Below, one piece after another: positions 1-11,145 of a stretch of 64,000 nucleotides of DNA (position 1 is the stretch's first letter; each line of letters begins with the position of its first letter). The notes below the pieces were generated by a model, which worked only from the letters and a program-made list of their open reading frames with translations, had not been told where the DNA came from and made no database searches. The position numbers and the translations under genes are program-made. The DNA is taken from the NCBI GenBank assembly GCA_050298595.1, contig JBNKUM010000024.1, positions 64,001 through 128,000 of the forward strand. The letters are read 5' to 3'. Source of the DNA: Gammaproteobacteria bacterium (lineage in GTDB: Bacteria; Pseudomonadota; Gammaproteobacteria; GCA-001735895).

Positions 1-1
1 A

Positions 2-1963
2 CTATCAGCTGAAGTTGAAAGCAGAAAAATTTATGAAACTGAACTGGCTTCCAAAGAAAAACGATTTCGAGAATTGTTTGAAAATAACATGGCTGCAGAG
101 TTACTCATAGATCCAGAAACAGGAAAGATTATTGATGCAAATAATGCAGCCATTCGTTTTTATGGTTACCGCAAAGAGGAAATAAAACAAAAAAACATTA
201 GCGATATTAATTTATTATATAACCAACAAACTTTACAGCGACTCGCCGATATTAGCCGTAACAAGGGCGCTCAATTTTTTTCTAAGCATCGATTAAATAA
301 TGGTGAAACTAGAGATGTAGAAATACTCTCAGGGCCGATAAACTGGGATGGAAAGCAGTTACTCTATTCCATCGTCCATGACATTACTGACCGCATAGTC
401 GCTGAAAATGCATTAATATCAGCTAAAGCAGAAGCAGAAAAAGCCAATCGCATTAAAAGTGAATTCCTGGCTAATATGAGTCATGAAATCCGCACCCCGA
501 TGAATAGTGTCATCGGCATGGTTGAGTTACTTCAGGATACCAATCTTGATAAAGAACAAAAAAAGATGCTGGAGATTATTCAAAGCTCCGGCAGGGTTCT
601 AATTACCATCATCAACGATATTCTTGATTTTTCCAAGCTTGAAGCCAGTCGCATGGTGATAGATCCACAACCGTTTCAATTAAAGCCTTTCCTGCATGAG
701 CTTATTGATAGTTTACTCAGTAGCGCCAGCGAAAAATCACTGGAACTTTCTATTGAATTTACTGAAGAGTATGATTTTCTTGTCAATAGCGACGAAACCA
801 AACTGCGCCAAATTTTAACCAACCTGATTAGCAATGCTATTAAGTTCACAAAACAGGGGTCTGTGACGCTAAGAGTCACCAGGCAGAATATTGATGATAA
901 AACGGCTAATTTCCAGTTTCAGGTCATCGATACAGGTATAGGAATATTCAAAGATAAGATTGATCAATTATTTGAATCTTTTACCCAGGCTGAACAATCT
1001 ACTACGCGTCAGTTTGGAGGTACCGGTCTTGGTCTGGCCATCAGCAAAAAACTGAGCAACTTAATGGGGGGGGATATTCAGGTAGATTCCTTTCCAGGAA
1101 AGGGATCTACTTTCACCTTAACGATTCCGGCATCTTATAGCCAGATCGCTGAAGCAGACACAATGAGTTCCACTCAACGACATCAAACTACAGGTATTAC
1201 AAATAATTTTGATGCACAGCTGCTAGTCTGTGAAGATGTTTTACCAAACCGCATAGTGATTAATAAAATGTTGCAGAAATTTGGTATCAGCTGTGATTTT
1301 GCTGAGAATGGTCAGCAGGCTGTAGACCATGTTAAAGCGAAAAAATACGATCTGGTTTTGATGGACTGTCAAATGCCCATTCTGGATGGATATAGAGCGA
1401 CTCAACAGATAAGAGCGTTTGATCGTGAAACACCGATCCTGGCCCTAACCGCCAATGTAACCCAGGAAGATCACGCAAAAGCTCTTGATGCAGGAATGAA
1501 TGATGTGATAACCAAACCGGTACAACTCGACAGCCTGGAACAATCTCTCACCCAATGGCTAGAAAAAAAAATTATTGCAACACCAATAAATTCGGCAGCT
1601 GAAAAAACCGTATCAACAAAACAAAAATCCTCAGCCATAAACTTTGAACAACTGGAGAAGTTAAAGAATGATATGGAAGAATCCTTCGAGGAGATTTATC
1701 ACTCAATATTATTGACTATTCCATCGCTCATCGACGAGCTTGAAACTGCTGTAAACGATAATGAAACCATTACTCGCCTGTTTCACAGCTTAAAAACACC
1801 TTTCGCATCAATAGGTGCACATAAGCTGGCAGAACTGGCAGCAGAATACGAACAACAGGCTCGTGATAATCAGATAGAAGACCTTGCCTTAGCGGTTGAA
1901 AATTTACGTCAGCATTTCAGGCAGGTAGAGGGGGAATTAAAGAGCTTTCCTGTCAGCGCCTGA
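2..1963 (+). CDS. Hybrid sensor histidine kinase (PAS-HisKA-HATPase-REC-HPt), 5'-truncated by window edge
   Basis: Frame open from base 2 (LSAEVESRKIYE...). PAS, H-box FLANMSHEIRTPMN, N-box QILTNLISNAIKFT, G-boxes DTGIG and GGTGLGL, receiver DLVLMDCQMP, HPt HSLK. Confidence 0.95.
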   Translation, partial: LSAEVESRKIYETELASKEKRFRELFENNMAAELLIDPETGKIIDANNAAIRFYGYRKEEIKQKNISDINLLYNQQTLQRLADISRNKGAQFFSKHRLNNGETRDVEILSGPINWDGKQLLYSIVHDITDRIVAENALISAKAEAEKANRIKSEFLANMSHEIRTPMNSVIGMVELLQDTNLDKEQKKMLEIIQSSGRVLITIINDILDFSKLEASRMVIDPQPFQLKPFLHELIDSLLSSASEKSLELSIEFTEEYDFLVNSDETKLRQILTNLISNAIKFTKQGSVTLRVTRQNIDDKTANFQFQVIDTGIGIFKDKIDQLFESFTQAEQSTTRQFGGTGLGLAISKKLSNLMGGDIQVDSFPGKGSTFTLTIPASYSQIAEADTMSSTQRHQTTGITNNFDAQLLVCEDVLPNRIVINKMLQKFGISCDFAENGQQAVDHVKAKKYDLVLMDCQMPILDGYRATQQIRAFDRETPILALTANVTQEDHAKALDAGMNDVITKPVQLDSLEQSLTQWLEKKIIATPINSAAEKTVSTKQKSSAINFEQLEKLKNDMEESFEEIYHSILLTIPSLIDELETAVNDNETITRLFHSLKTPFASIGAHKLAELAAEYEQQARDNQIEDLALAVENLRQHFRQVEGELKSFPVSA

Positions 1964-1983
1964 TTTTTTCAGGCACTGACAGG
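1949..1983. terminator. Hairpin between convergent kinase and pntB, likely bidirectional terminator
   Basis: CCTGTCAGCGCCTGA-ttttt-TCAGGCACTGACAGG inverted repeat. Confidence 0.7.
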
Positions 1984-1990
1984 GTAAATA

Positions 1991-3385
1991 TTAACTTAGA
2001 GCTTTAACCAGCTCATCCATATTGGATTTAGCATCACCGAACAGCATGCGAGTATTTTCCTTATGGAATAAAGGATTTTCAACACCGGCATATCCTGTTG
2101 CCATACTACGCTTGAGTACGACGCAAAGTTTACTCTTCCAGACTTCAAGCACAGGCATGCCAGAGATCGGACTACCTGGATCCTCCAGCGCTGCGGGATT
2201 AACCGTGTCGTTCGCGCCAATAACCAGAGTCACGTCAATATTTGGGAAGTCATCGTTGACCTCTTCCATTTCGAATACGACATCATAAGGCACCTTGGCT
2301 TCTGCCAGTAACACATTCATATGTCCAGGCATACGACCCGCTACAGGATGTATACCAAAAATCACATTTACCCCTTTTCTCATCAGGATACTGGTCACCT
2401 CAGACACTGCACGTTGTGCCTGCGCCATCGCCATACCATATCCAGGTACAATCATCACCTTCTTAGCAGCACTTAACTGCTGTGCAACCTCTACCACCGA
2501 GGTTGCGATAACTTCACCAGCAACATCTCCAGAAGCAGTACTCTTGCTGGTTGTGGTACCAAAACCACCGGCAATAACGCTAAAGAAATTACGGTTCATA
2601 GCACGACACATGATGTAACTCAGAATGGCACCACTACTTCCGACTAATGCACCTGTCACAATCAGCAAATCATTTGCCAGCATAAAACCAGTAGCCGCAG
2701 CTGCCCATCCGGAATAACTATTCAGCATGGAAATAACTACCGGCATATCGGCACCACCAATGGCAATAACCATATGTACGCCAAATACCAGCGCGATAAC
2801 AGTCATGATGATTAATGGCGTATAGGCATCCGCCAGGGTATCTGCCTGTATAAACTGGTAACCATAAAAAATAGCAACCAGAAACATGATGAGATTTATC
2901 GTATGACGGGCTGGTAATAATACAGGACGCGAACTGATCATCGCACTCAATTTACCGAAGGCAATAACCGAACCGGAAAACGTCATAGCACCGATAAAGA
3001 CACCCAGATAAACCTCGACATCATGAATCACTTTCTCAGCTCCCTGAAAATGCATTTCAGGATCCAGATAAGTGGCATAGCCAACCGTTACTGCCGCCAG
3101 ACCAACCAGACTGTGCAATAGCGCCACCAGCTGTGGCATCTGAGTCATCCTGACTTTCTTCGCCAGCACAAAGCCCAGAATAGCACCAGGCAACATACAG
3201 ATGATAACAACCCAATAGCTGGTAACCGCATCACTGAATACCGTAGCAATAATCGCCAACGCCATACCCAGCATGCCGAATAAATTACCACGACGTGCAT
3301 TTTCGTTACTACTTAAACCACCCAGAGCCAGAATGAAGAGGATAGAGGCAGCCAAATAAATCGCATTGATTAAACCTGATGACAT
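1991..3385 (-). CDS. pntB: NAD(P) transhydrogenase subunit beta
   Basis: [64 protein letters not shown]. Confidence 0.98.
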   Translation of the reverse strand: MSSGLINAIYLAASILFILALGGLSSNENARRGNLFGMLGMALAIIATVFSDAVTSYWVVIICMLPGAILGFVLAKKVRMTQMPQLVALLHSLVGLAAVTVGYATYLDPEMHFQGAEKVIHDVEVYLGVFIGAMTFSGSVIAFGKLSAMISSRPVLLPARHTINLIMFLVAIFYGYQFIQADTLADAYTPLIIMTVIALVFGVHMVIAIGGADMPVVISMLNSYSGWAAAATGFMLANDLLIVTGALVGSSGAILSYIMCRAMNRNFFSVIAGGFGTTTSKSTASGDVAGEVIATSVVEVAQQLSAAKKVMIVPGYGMAMAQAQRAVSEVTSILMRKGVNVIFGIHPVAGRMPGHMNVLLAEAKVPYDVVFEMEEVNDDFPNIDVTLVIGANDTVNPAALEDPGSPISGMPVLEVWKSKLCVVLKRSMATGYAGVENPLFHKENTRMLFGDAKSNMDELVKALS

Positions 3386-3388
3386 GAC

Positions 3389-4963
3389 TTACTCTCCAAA
3401 CATTTTCAGCATACGCTGAGTAACTGCAAAACCACCGACAATATTTATTGTGGCTACTAAAATAGCCAGCGCCGATAGCAGCATAATCAAACTACTTTGT
3501 GATGAAACCTGAATCAAGGCACCAATTACAATGATGCTACTGATCGCATTGGTCACACTCATCAAAGGCGTATGCAGAGAAGGAGTCACATTCCAGATAA
3601 CCATATAACCGATAAAGCAGGACAATACAAAAACGGTAAAGTGCCCCATGAAAGAAGGCGGTGCATAGGCACCCATAGCGAATAACAATAATCCGCCCAG
3701 ACCAATAGGCATCAGCTTTTTAAACACCTGCATGATCGCCGAGGGTTCGTCATGAAGTAAAGGTTCTACATTAGCTTCTGCCACCGGTTTTTCACTGTAG
3801 CCAGGTTGACGAGCTGCAACTTCGATAACCGGTGCTGGCCAGGTGATTTCACCATCTTTAACCACCGTGGCACCACGAATGACCACATCTTCAAAATCCA
3901 GTTGCAGAGGAGCGTTAACATCTTTAACCAGTTCATCCATCATATTCAGCAGATTGGATGCATAAAGCTGACTAGCCTGAGCTGGCAGGCGGCTAGGAAG
4001 ATCGGTATAACCAATAAGTGTGACCCCATTTTTAGAAACCACGCGATGCGGTACCGTCAACTCACAGTTACCACCCTGCTCGGCTGCCAGATCTACGATG
4101 ACACTACCCTGCTTCATCGACTTAACCATTTCAGCAGTGATCAGTTTAGGTGCCGGTTTACCAGGGATTAACGCGGTAGTGATAATAATATCGACATCTT
4201 TGGCCTGTTCGGCAAACAACGCCATTTCTGCATCGATAAACTCCTGACTCATCTGCTTGGCATAACCACCAGCACCAGAGCCATCTTCTTCAAAATCCAG
4301 TTCCAGAAATTCAGCATCCATACTCATAATCTGATCCTTAACTTCTGGACGTGTATCAAAAGCACGCACAATAGCACCTAGAGATTTTGCAGTTCCAATG
4401 GCCGCCAGACCGGCAACACCCGCACCGATTACCATCACCTTAGCAGGTGGCACCTTACCCGCTGCAGTAATCTGACCGGTAAAAAAACGTCCAAAATGAT
4501 TGGACGCTTCAATCACTGCACGATAGCCAGCAATATTCGCCATCGAGCTCAGCGCATCCAGCTTTTGCGCACGAGAGATCCGAGGTACTGCATCCACCGA
4601 CATCGCATTAATGCCCTTGTCGGCCAATGCTTTAAGCATCTCAGCACTTTGCGCTGGCCATAAGAAACAGATCAGTAATGAACCTTTCGGTATCAAATCT
4701 AACTCATTCACACCTGTTTCTGGGTGTTTCTGCGGCGCACGCACTTTTAAAATGATATCTGCATTGGCGTATAAATCTTTCGCCTCTGCAACAATCTCAA
4801 CACCTACCTCACGAAAAGCCTTATCAGAAAAGCTGGCCGCCATTCCGGCCTGACTTTCGACTGCTACGGTAAAACCTTTTTTGATAAGCTTTTCTGCTAT
4901 ATCCGGAGTCGTGGCAACGCGTTTCTCACCTGCCTGGATCTCTTTTGGAATGACTATCCTCAT
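3389..4963 (-). CDS. pntA: NAD(P) transhydrogenase subunit alpha (single chain)
   Basis: [48 protein letters not shown]. Confidence 0.98.
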   Translation of the reverse strand: MRIVIPKEIQAGEKRVATTPDIAEKLIKKGFTVAVESQAGMAASFSDKAFREVGVEIVAEAKDLYANADIILKVRAPQKHPETGVNELDLIPKGSLLICFLWPAQSAEMLKALADKGINAMSVDAVPRISRAQKLDALSSMANIAGYRAVIEASNHFGRFFTGQITAAGKVPPAKVMVIGAGVAGLAAIGTAKSLGAIVRAFDTRPEVKDQIMSMDAEFLELDFEEDGSGAGGYAKQMSQEFIDAEMALFAEQAKDVDIIITTALIPGKPAPKLITAEMVKSMKQGSVIVDLAAEQGGNCELTVPHRVVSKNGVTLIGYTDLPSRLPAQASQLYASNLLNMMDELVKDVNAPLQLDFEDVVIRGATVVKDGEITWPAPVIEVAARQPGYSEKPVAEANVEPLLHDEPSAIMQVFKKLMPIGLGGLLLFAMGAYAPPSFMGHFTVFVLSCFIGYMVIWNVTPSLHTPLMSVTNAISSIIVIGALIQVSSQSSLIMLLSALAILVATINIVGGFAVTQRMLKMFGE

Positions 4964-5384
4964 TTAATACCCCTTATTATTTAACTAAATCTGTGCTTAT
5001 AATCTGTAGCCTTCAGCATAACTGTAGACCGCTAGAAACCAAAAGACCTTAACTTGAAAAACGTTCTGATGAAACTACTGAAGAGACTATAGTTGAGAGT
5101 TCTTTTGAGATTTTTGGGCTTTATTTCCCATAAACAGCTCTGTATATTAATATTCTCTTATGCAGATTACCAGTCCTATCAGCTACAAAATTTGTCACAT
5201 TGCTTCTAATGCCAGCTAATATTGCTCAGGAATAGCATTCAGAATAGAGAAATGGTGTGCTTGAGTGGTTATTTGGCTGGTGATGATGAAATGATGCAGC
5301 CACTGACTGGATAATTCCATACTCTGGTGCTTGTATTCATCGCTTTCCAGCTAACGACGAGCCTGGTTGCAGATTAGTGAAGAG

Positions 5385-5957
5385 CTACTTCCAACTGAAC
5401 TCGCCGTTAAAGGTGGTACATTCGGTGACAGAGTTTGACGCATCATCAATATAGATTTGCTGTTTAGCCGAAACGGGATAAGTTAAATAGGCTGAGCATT
5501 CAGCACTTTGTCCAGTGCCAACGACCACCTTTGTTTCTGGCTTAAGCGTACAGCTAACTAGTTTATCCAATGGTGACCACTGGTAACAGATTTCATATTC
5601 AGAGCGGTATTTGGCAACCTCACCTGAGGGCTGCTGAAATGCCCACCATTTACCAAATTTGCTATCCGGGTTAGTGCTATTCCATGCTCGGTAGAGAGTA
5701 ACCTGTGCATCTTTCTTACTTTTATAAACCCGTCCTGTACATAGCTTTCCCTGCTTAGGACCGCCCAACGATTCATTCAAAAGCTGTTTATCCTCAACGG
5801 CTTCAAACTGACTGGCGATATTGTGTGGAAGATTTGAACTGCCCAGGCACAGCTGCTCTGTGTTGGTGGTTTGAGTTTCTTGCTCAACTGGATAGCTCGC
5901 GCAACCATAAAGCACGAGTATCAATAAGACTGTTAATAGTTTTTTAGCCCTCATCAT
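5385..5957 (-). CDS. Cys-rich hypothetical lipoprotein
   Basis: Signal peptide with lipobox LYGC; six further Cys; 2 bp from upstream gene. Confidence 0.75.
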   Translation of the reverse strand: MMRAKKLLTVLLILVLYGCASYPVEQETQTTNTEQLCLGSSNLPHNIASQFEAVEDKQLLNESLGGPKQGKLCTGRVYKSKKDAQVTLYRAWNSTNPDSKFGKWWAFQQPSGEVAKYRSEYEICYQWSPLDKLVSCTLKPETKVVVGTGQSAECSAYLTYPVSAKQQIYIDDASNSVTECTTFNGEFSWK

Positions 5958-5959
5958 GT

Positions 5960-6370
5960 TTATACCCTAGGAGCTTTTAACAACAGCTCCCCCATCAGCT
6001 CTGATACAACCCATTCCTCAGCAATTTTATCTTTGTCAAAGTGGGTAACAACCATATCAATCCATTCCACTTTTTTTCCTGAAGCAGGTATCCCCTTCAT
6101 CTCTACTGTGTGCGTACCTGTTAATGTGCGCTGCCAGACGATAGTATTTGTATCCTGTGCCAGGAATTTAACTTCTAGCACGTGAATATCTGGAATTGCA
6201 CTACGTAGCTGATTCACAAAACTTTTTATAAAAGTATGCCCGCTGTATTCTTTTGCTCCAGCATGGGCGATATAATCAGTGGTAAAGGTCTCATCTATAA
6301 TTGCCAGTTTACCCTTCCCAATTAACTCTTCAAAAGCATGCCTGATCAGTTCTTTTTTATCCTTACTCAT
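5960..6370 (-). CDS. SnoaL-like / ester cyclase (NTF2-fold) protein
   Basis: RSAIPDI, TGTHTVEMKGIPASGKKVEW, KIAEEW pattern. Confidence 0.85.
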   Translation of the reverse strand: MSKDKKELIRHAFEELIGKGKLAIIDETFTTDYIAHAGAKEYSGHTFIKSFVNQLRSAIPDIHVLEVKFLAQDTNTIVWQRTLTGTHTVEMKGIPASGKKVEWIDMVVTHFDKDKIAEEWVVSELMGELLLKAPRV

Positions 6371-6428
6371 TTTTTCAACCGGTTATAACCATTCTCTAAT
6401 CTTTTCATAAAAAATAATTATCAGGGAA

Positions 6429-7880
6429 TCAGGCTGGGCTAATTTCAAAAACCTTTTCCGAAGGCAGTCGAACCAGAGTGATATCAATGATGGTGGTGCG
6501 AAAACTTTGCAATATCGCTTTGATATCATCCGAACTGAGATGCAGGTTCATAGGTACATAGCTGATGTCACTAGATTCGGCTTCGAGGCCGGTAATTTCC
6601 ACATCCATTTCTGCAATATCGGCTAGCTGATCTTTCCAGATTTTTTTACTCTTATCGAATTTTTGTGTTCTTAGATAAAAGGTTATCGAGCCTTTGTCTT
6701 TTTCATGTGTATGCTGGTCTTCTATCATCTTCTCCAGCCTGGGCTGATCCTTATTTTTCGGCTTTGAATTGAAGCGCACATCGAAATGGTCTACGGCTTT
6801 TCCAAACTGATCTTTTAGACGAAAAATAAGTTGCGCATGGCCTTCATACTGCTGTTGTTTATCCCACTCAAAAATATTTGATTTTAATTTGGCCGCACGT
6901 TCAAAGGTTTTGTCCATTGCCTTCTGGTATTGCTCTACTGTCTTCTGATAATAGATGCTCCCGGATTTGGTATTTAGCCCCTGCTTGATAAGAGGCATCA
7001 CAGCAGCACGGTTTTTACTTCCACTCACGATGCCGATATCATCTCCAAAATGAGCAGTTTCATAAGCCACAGCAAAAGGCACCTGTGCTCGATTCTGGCT
7101 TAAACAGCTTAGGTCGTAGTCATAATTAATATCTTGAAACTGTTTGTCATCCAGGCGTTTGTTGATCAGCGTTTTCAATGCCCTCACTCCTAGCTTAAAA
7201 GCACGAGGTTTCGGTTTCACTGAGATGTAGTTAAAGTTCAGGTTACCCGCACTGGTTCGTACCGTATTGTCGGCAGAGTCTTCCTTCACATACCGAATGG
7301 GTATAGGGCGTAAAATACTGAGCGTTTGCGAGCCAATAATACAGAATTCCTGAACCTGGTAATCATTCAACATATCGTTCCCAGGTTGTAAGAAATGCAG
7401 ATGCATATCCAGAGTCTTCCATGAGCCGAATTCCAGCTCATCTAAAACCTGAGTGCCACGACCAGTTCCCGTGAAAATAAGTCTCCCCCAGCGTGACAAC
7501 TGACCTTTACCGATATGTGCCAGGCCACTGCCAAAATTCGCTCCTGCCAGATGAATGAGATTATTGACGGGTGAAGGTTTGGGACTAAATTTACTAATCC
7601 AGTTGCGCACCACCAATGCACCGGTACTGTGAATGATGACATGGAAGCCATTCTTCAGTAGATCCGGATGATCAGCCTTGAGAGCCCTGTCCATGGCAAA
7701 ACTGACATCGTCCAGAGAGACACCATCACTGAGCGATATCCAGCGACTGAGGTTGATCTCTTTTACATTATCCCTGCCATAAAGTTTACGTAGCTCTGCA
7801 GGTAGAGAGCCATAGATATCTTTTGCTTTGGTATCTTTGCCCTCTGATGAATAACCGTGAATTAAGAGTATGGGATCCAT
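6429..7880 (-). CDS. Alpha/beta hydrolase (lipase/phospholipase-like) with C-terminal extension
   Basis: ILLIHGYS, nucleophile elbow IHSTG, LAGANFGS; ATG at 7880 preceded by AAGGAG. Confidence 0.75.
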   Translation of the reverse strand: MDPILLIHGYSSEGKDTKAKDIYGSLPAELRKLYGRDNVKEINLSRWISLSDGVSLDDVSFAMDRALKADHPDLLKNGFHVIIHSTGALVVRNWISKFSPKPSPVNNLIHLAGANFGSGLAHIGKGQLSRWGRLIFTGTGRGTQVLDELEFGSWKTLDMHLHFLQPGNDMLNDYQVQEFCIIGSQTLSILRPIPIRYVKEDSADNTVRTSAGNLNFNYISVKPKPRAFKLGVRALKTLINKRLDDKQFQDINYDYDLSCLSQNRAQVPFAVAYETAHFGDDIGIVSGSKNRAAVMPLIKQGLNTKSGSIYYQKTVEQYQKAMDKTFERAAKLKSNIFEWDKQQQYEGHAQLIFRLKDQFGKAVDHFDVRFNSKPKNKDQPRLEKMIEDQHTHEKDKGSITFYLRTQKFDKSKKIWKDQLADIAEMDVEITGLEAESSDISYVPMNLHLSSDDIKAILQSFRTTIIDITLVRLPSEKVFEISPA

Positions 7881-8111
7881 GCTTGCTCCTTTATTTTTTG
7901 AGTTAGTTCTGGAAAGCGGCAGGTTTTTCCTCGTATCAGAGGACAAAATATACTCCTGTTTCCATCACTCTGAAACCCCCTAATAGTAGAGATATAATTT
8001 GCAACAATCTGGTACTGATCTCTGGCTATCATCAGCACTTCACAACAAACCTTATAAACTTCATATGATTCCAGCTCCATGGCAGCTCTGATCTGTATAT
8101 TCTGTCTCTGC

Positions 8112-8180
8112 GAGACTGAAGCATACGGATCCCGGAGTGCAACGCCGAAGATATGAGCTTCAGGCCTCTCCAACGGGGCT
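8112..8180. repeat. Degenerate palindromic element, distant relative of those at 39.2 kb and 48.1 kb
   Basis: GAGACTGAAGCATA ... ATATGAGCTTCAGGCCTCTC imperfect stem; minus-strand core catatcttcggcgttgcactccgggatc. Confidence 0.4.
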
Positions 8181-8376
8181 TACAGGTTTAGCTACTCGTC
8201 TTTGTGAGTTGACTGGATACTCGAATCAAACTTATCTACGGTACTGGAAAAAATAGAATAAATTTTTCAGGCTATCCATGGTTAGTCTTATCGGCTAAAG
8301 TTATGCAGGTATATTAGGCAGCCTGTAGTTAATATAAAGACAGGCACTCGATAAAAAAGAATCCAACACGGAAACC

Positions 8377-9036
8377 ATGGATAACAATTCTTTGTACACG
8401 CCACCCACTGCCGATCTGAAAACTGCTCAGGAACTACCTGTAAACTACAGCAGCAGTGCTTTAACCGCCTCCAGACTAAAACTTCTTGGGTGGCTATTTG
8501 TTATGGACTTTATCCTGACAATACCTCTGACAGGATTCGATGTCATGAGCGGAACGACAGAGGCCCTTGACCCATACAAAAATATCATCCAGATACTATC
8601 TTTGCTAAGCACCTTCATCTGGTCCTACCTGATGATTATGTTCAGAAAATTCCTCAACCTGAGGTTTGAATTTTATAGAGTAGATTTACTCATTAATATA
8701 CTGATCTTTATATCCATAATGATGGGGATCATTCCTTTTGCCTCGTTAAATGAAGAAATTATTGCGGGTATTAAACTCGAAAGTTTAATCGTTTTCACAT
8801 TACTTCTGCCTTATGGACTGGTGACATTCCTGAGCGGAAAACGCCTGTTAACTATAGCCGACCGATTTCCTTACCTGAAAGGATTCTCGTGGTTAAGTAT
8901 GATATCCGGTATCTTAACAACGAGTATCGTATTATTTGTATTCTCTATCCCTCTATATATCGTGATGGAGCTTTTCATAGCTCTGATATTTTTTGAAGCT
9001 GCGCGTGAACGCCGCGAGTGGCAGGCTGTTCAATAG
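8377..9036 (+). CDS. Hypothetical multi-pass membrane protein
   Basis: About 6 hydrophobic segments; N-terminus NSLYTPPTADL. Confidence 0.8.
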   Translation: MDNNSLYTPPTADLKTAQELPVNYSSSALTASRLKLLGWLFVMDFILTIPLTGFDVMSGTTEALDPYKNIIQILSLLSTFIWSYLMIMFRKFLNLRFEFYRVDLLINILIFISIMMGIIPFASLNEEIIAGIKLESLIVFTLLLPYGLVTFLSGKRLLTIADRFPYLKGFSWLSMISGILTTSIVLFVFSIPLYIVMELFIALIFFEAARERREWQAVQ

Positions 9037-9075
9037 AGCCGTCTAAAAAATAATTCTTTAAACCGAGCAACAAGA

Positions 9076-9105
9076 ATAGATAACGCCGAATTCGACGCTA
9101 TCTAT
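9076..9105. terminator. Imperfect 30-bp palindrome between convergent genes
   Basis: ATAGATAACGCCGAA|TTCGACGCTATCTAT, 13/15 matching. Confidence 0.5.
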
Positions 9106-9167
9106 CCTCATCAATTTACTAAAGTTGAAAAAATGCTTTAACGCTTAATCATTAATAATCAGCGGTC

Positions 9168-9698
9168 TTATATATTACTGATTGCAGGTATTGCGACTGC
9201 AGCAACAATTCCGATCAAAGAAATGATAGGAAAAAACAACCCGAGGATTTTCACCCCCATAGGATTTTCATTAGGAGCAGCACCATAATCATTAACACCA
9301 TCGGTACCCGCCCCAAAAACCATATACAGCGTAAGTAGAAGATTAGCTAGCGGTACTATAAACAACAGCATCCACCAACCGCTGCGATTCAAATCATTCA
9401 TCCTGCGCTTACCAAACGTAAAGACTATTACCAGCAGCGCAATATAGACCACAGCCATAATAATAACCGCAAACACTGGCATGTCTGGCATGCCAGATTC
9501 GCCTGCACTCATGCCTCCAACGAGAGCCATAATGGGGATAGCTATAGCGGCAAGCACCAGATAGACGCCGGTAAGATAGGCCAGATAACGTAAGCGTCCG
9601 ATACGTCCGCTAAAGCTAAAGACAGTGGGTTGGTAGGTTTCATCCATATCAACAGCCAGAGATGCATCGGGGGTAGTATAGGGGTTTTGATCAGTCAT
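9168..9698 (-). CDS. DUF805 (YhaH-like) membrane protein
   Basis: FSGRIGRLRY, KRRMNDLNRSGWW, GTDGVNDYGAAP; N-terminus NPYTTPDASL. Confidence 0.9.
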   Translation of the reverse strand: MTDQNPYTTPDASLAVDMDETYQPTVFSFSGRIGRLRYLAYLTGVYLVLAAIAIPIMALVGGMSAGESGMPDMPVFAVIIMAVVYIALLVIVFTFGKRRMNDLNRSGWWMLLFIVPLANLLLTLYMVFGAGTDGVNDYGAAPNENPMGVKILGLFFPIISLIGIVAAVAIPAISNI

Positions 9699-9816
9699 AA
9701 AAGAGTCCTTGTTTTGTTAAAATTTCCGAATATTTTTTCGATTGCGCTCAAAAAAGTGCAGCCCATATTTAAAATATTCCAGCTACAGGAAGATAGCAAA
9801 AGACAGCATGTTTTGC

Positions 9817-11145
9817 TTAAAATATTCCGCTTCTTTTTAGTGCCATATATTCAGTCACCAAAGCCGAATGCATGGTCGAAGGCAAGGTGTCAACCACTAT
9901 CACATTATCGGATCTTAGCTCGGTTAGCATGGCTGCCTGTTTTTGTTGATGATTAACTGCACCGCAAAAGCTCAATGCATCACCCAGGGATATGACTTCC
10001 ATCTCCTGCGCATCACGAATAACCTGCTGGCGCATACTCGCCACTATGACCAGATGATGACGTGACAATAGGCGCACGGCCTGGGTAAGATCGTCTTTAT
10101 CTTCCGGCTCTAGCGAAGAGATTAATATCACCAGAGATCTTTTACTGTGCCGACTAATCAATTGCTGACTGACATCAATAAAATCGCTGGTTTCGATTGA
10201 GCTATCCAGGTCATAGATTTGTTCCAGCAACTGCGCGATCTGTCCACGGCCTTTAACCGGAGGAATCCATCGAGCCTGTCCGGCAAAACTCAACAGGCCA
10301 ATGCCATCCCCCTGGCGCAGCGCGATAAATGCTGATAGCAATAATGCATTCAAAGCATGATCAAAATGGCTAATATCCCCCTCTCTCGCACGCATGCGTC
10401 GCCCACAATCGAGCATGAAAATAATCTGCTGATCTTTTTCTTCCTGATATTCTCGCGAGATAGGACGATGAAATCTCGCGCTTGCCCGCCAGTCAATCTG
10501 GCGTAAGGAATCACCCTCACGAAAATCCCTTAACTGATAAAAATCAGTGCCTTCACCACGGCGCTGATTCAGATGAACACCAAGGTCTGCATACAACTGT
10601 TCACTATTAATCACCGATGAACGAAACAGGGGTTTGTAATTGGGATACACCTTGCTTTGTTGCGGCTGAGCATAATAGAAATTCTTTTCCCAAAGCTGCA
10701 TACGCGAGATAACCCGGCAACACACCTTTGAGAATTCGGCAGGTCCACGTCGGATAGCCGTGACATAATATCGCACATCAGCGAATTCTCCTGGCTTGAT
10801 ATCCAGCTTCACGGGTAGGCCCTGAATCTGCAATTGTGCAGGCGGGCTATCACTGACTGCCAGTTGAATAGGATGCCCCGATTGATTGCTAACACGCAGC
10901 TTAACCGCCTGCTTTACTCCTAGCGCCAGATGCGGTTCCAGACTGCGCTCCACCGTCAACTGAGGTCGAACGCGTAGCGCAAGGTAATCTATCAGGCTGA
11001 GAACCATCAGCAGCATAAGATAGCCCCAGAAAACAAACCTTATCTCCGCAGCAAATGGCCACTGCAGAATATTAGCAATTACGCTAATCAGAGCAATCAC
11101 CAGCCACAACAGGGCCAGCTTAATCAGCTTGACGGCAGGTCTCAT
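9817..11145 (-). CDS. DUF58 (vWA-like) protein, MoxR partner
   Basis: GEGTDFYQLRDFREGDSLRQIDWRASAR, MLDCGRRM. Confidence 0.92.
   Translation of the reverse strand: MRPAVKLIKLALLWLVIALISVIANILQWPFAAEIRFVFWGYLMLLMVLSLIDYLALRVRPQLTVERSLEPHLALGVKQAVKLRVSNQSGHPIQLAVSDSPPAQLQIQGLPVKLDIKPGEFADVRYYVTAIRRGPAEFSKVCCRVISRMQLWEKNFYYAQPQQSKVYPNYKPLFRSSVINSEQLYADLGVHLNQRRGEGTDFYQLRDFREGDSLRQIDWRASARFHRPISREYQEEKDQQIIFMLDCGRRMRAREGDISHFDHALNALLLSAFIALRQGDGIGLLSFAGQARWIPPVKGRGQIAQLLEQIYDLDSSIETSDFIDVSQQLISRHSKRSLVILISSLEPEDKDDLTQAVRLLSRHHLVIVASMRQQVIRDAQEMEVISLGDALSFCGAVNHQQKQAAMLTELRSDNVIVVDTLPSTMHSALVTEYMALKRSGIF

Noticed and set aside
4964-5384. 420-bp intergenic region upstream of pntA as an ncRNA or riboswitch
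   Set aside because: No convincing stem or known motif was found by eye.
7862-8173. 103-aa minus-strand ORF
   Set aside because: It has a TTG start inside the hairpin element, overlaps the hydrolase start and shows no recognisable motif.
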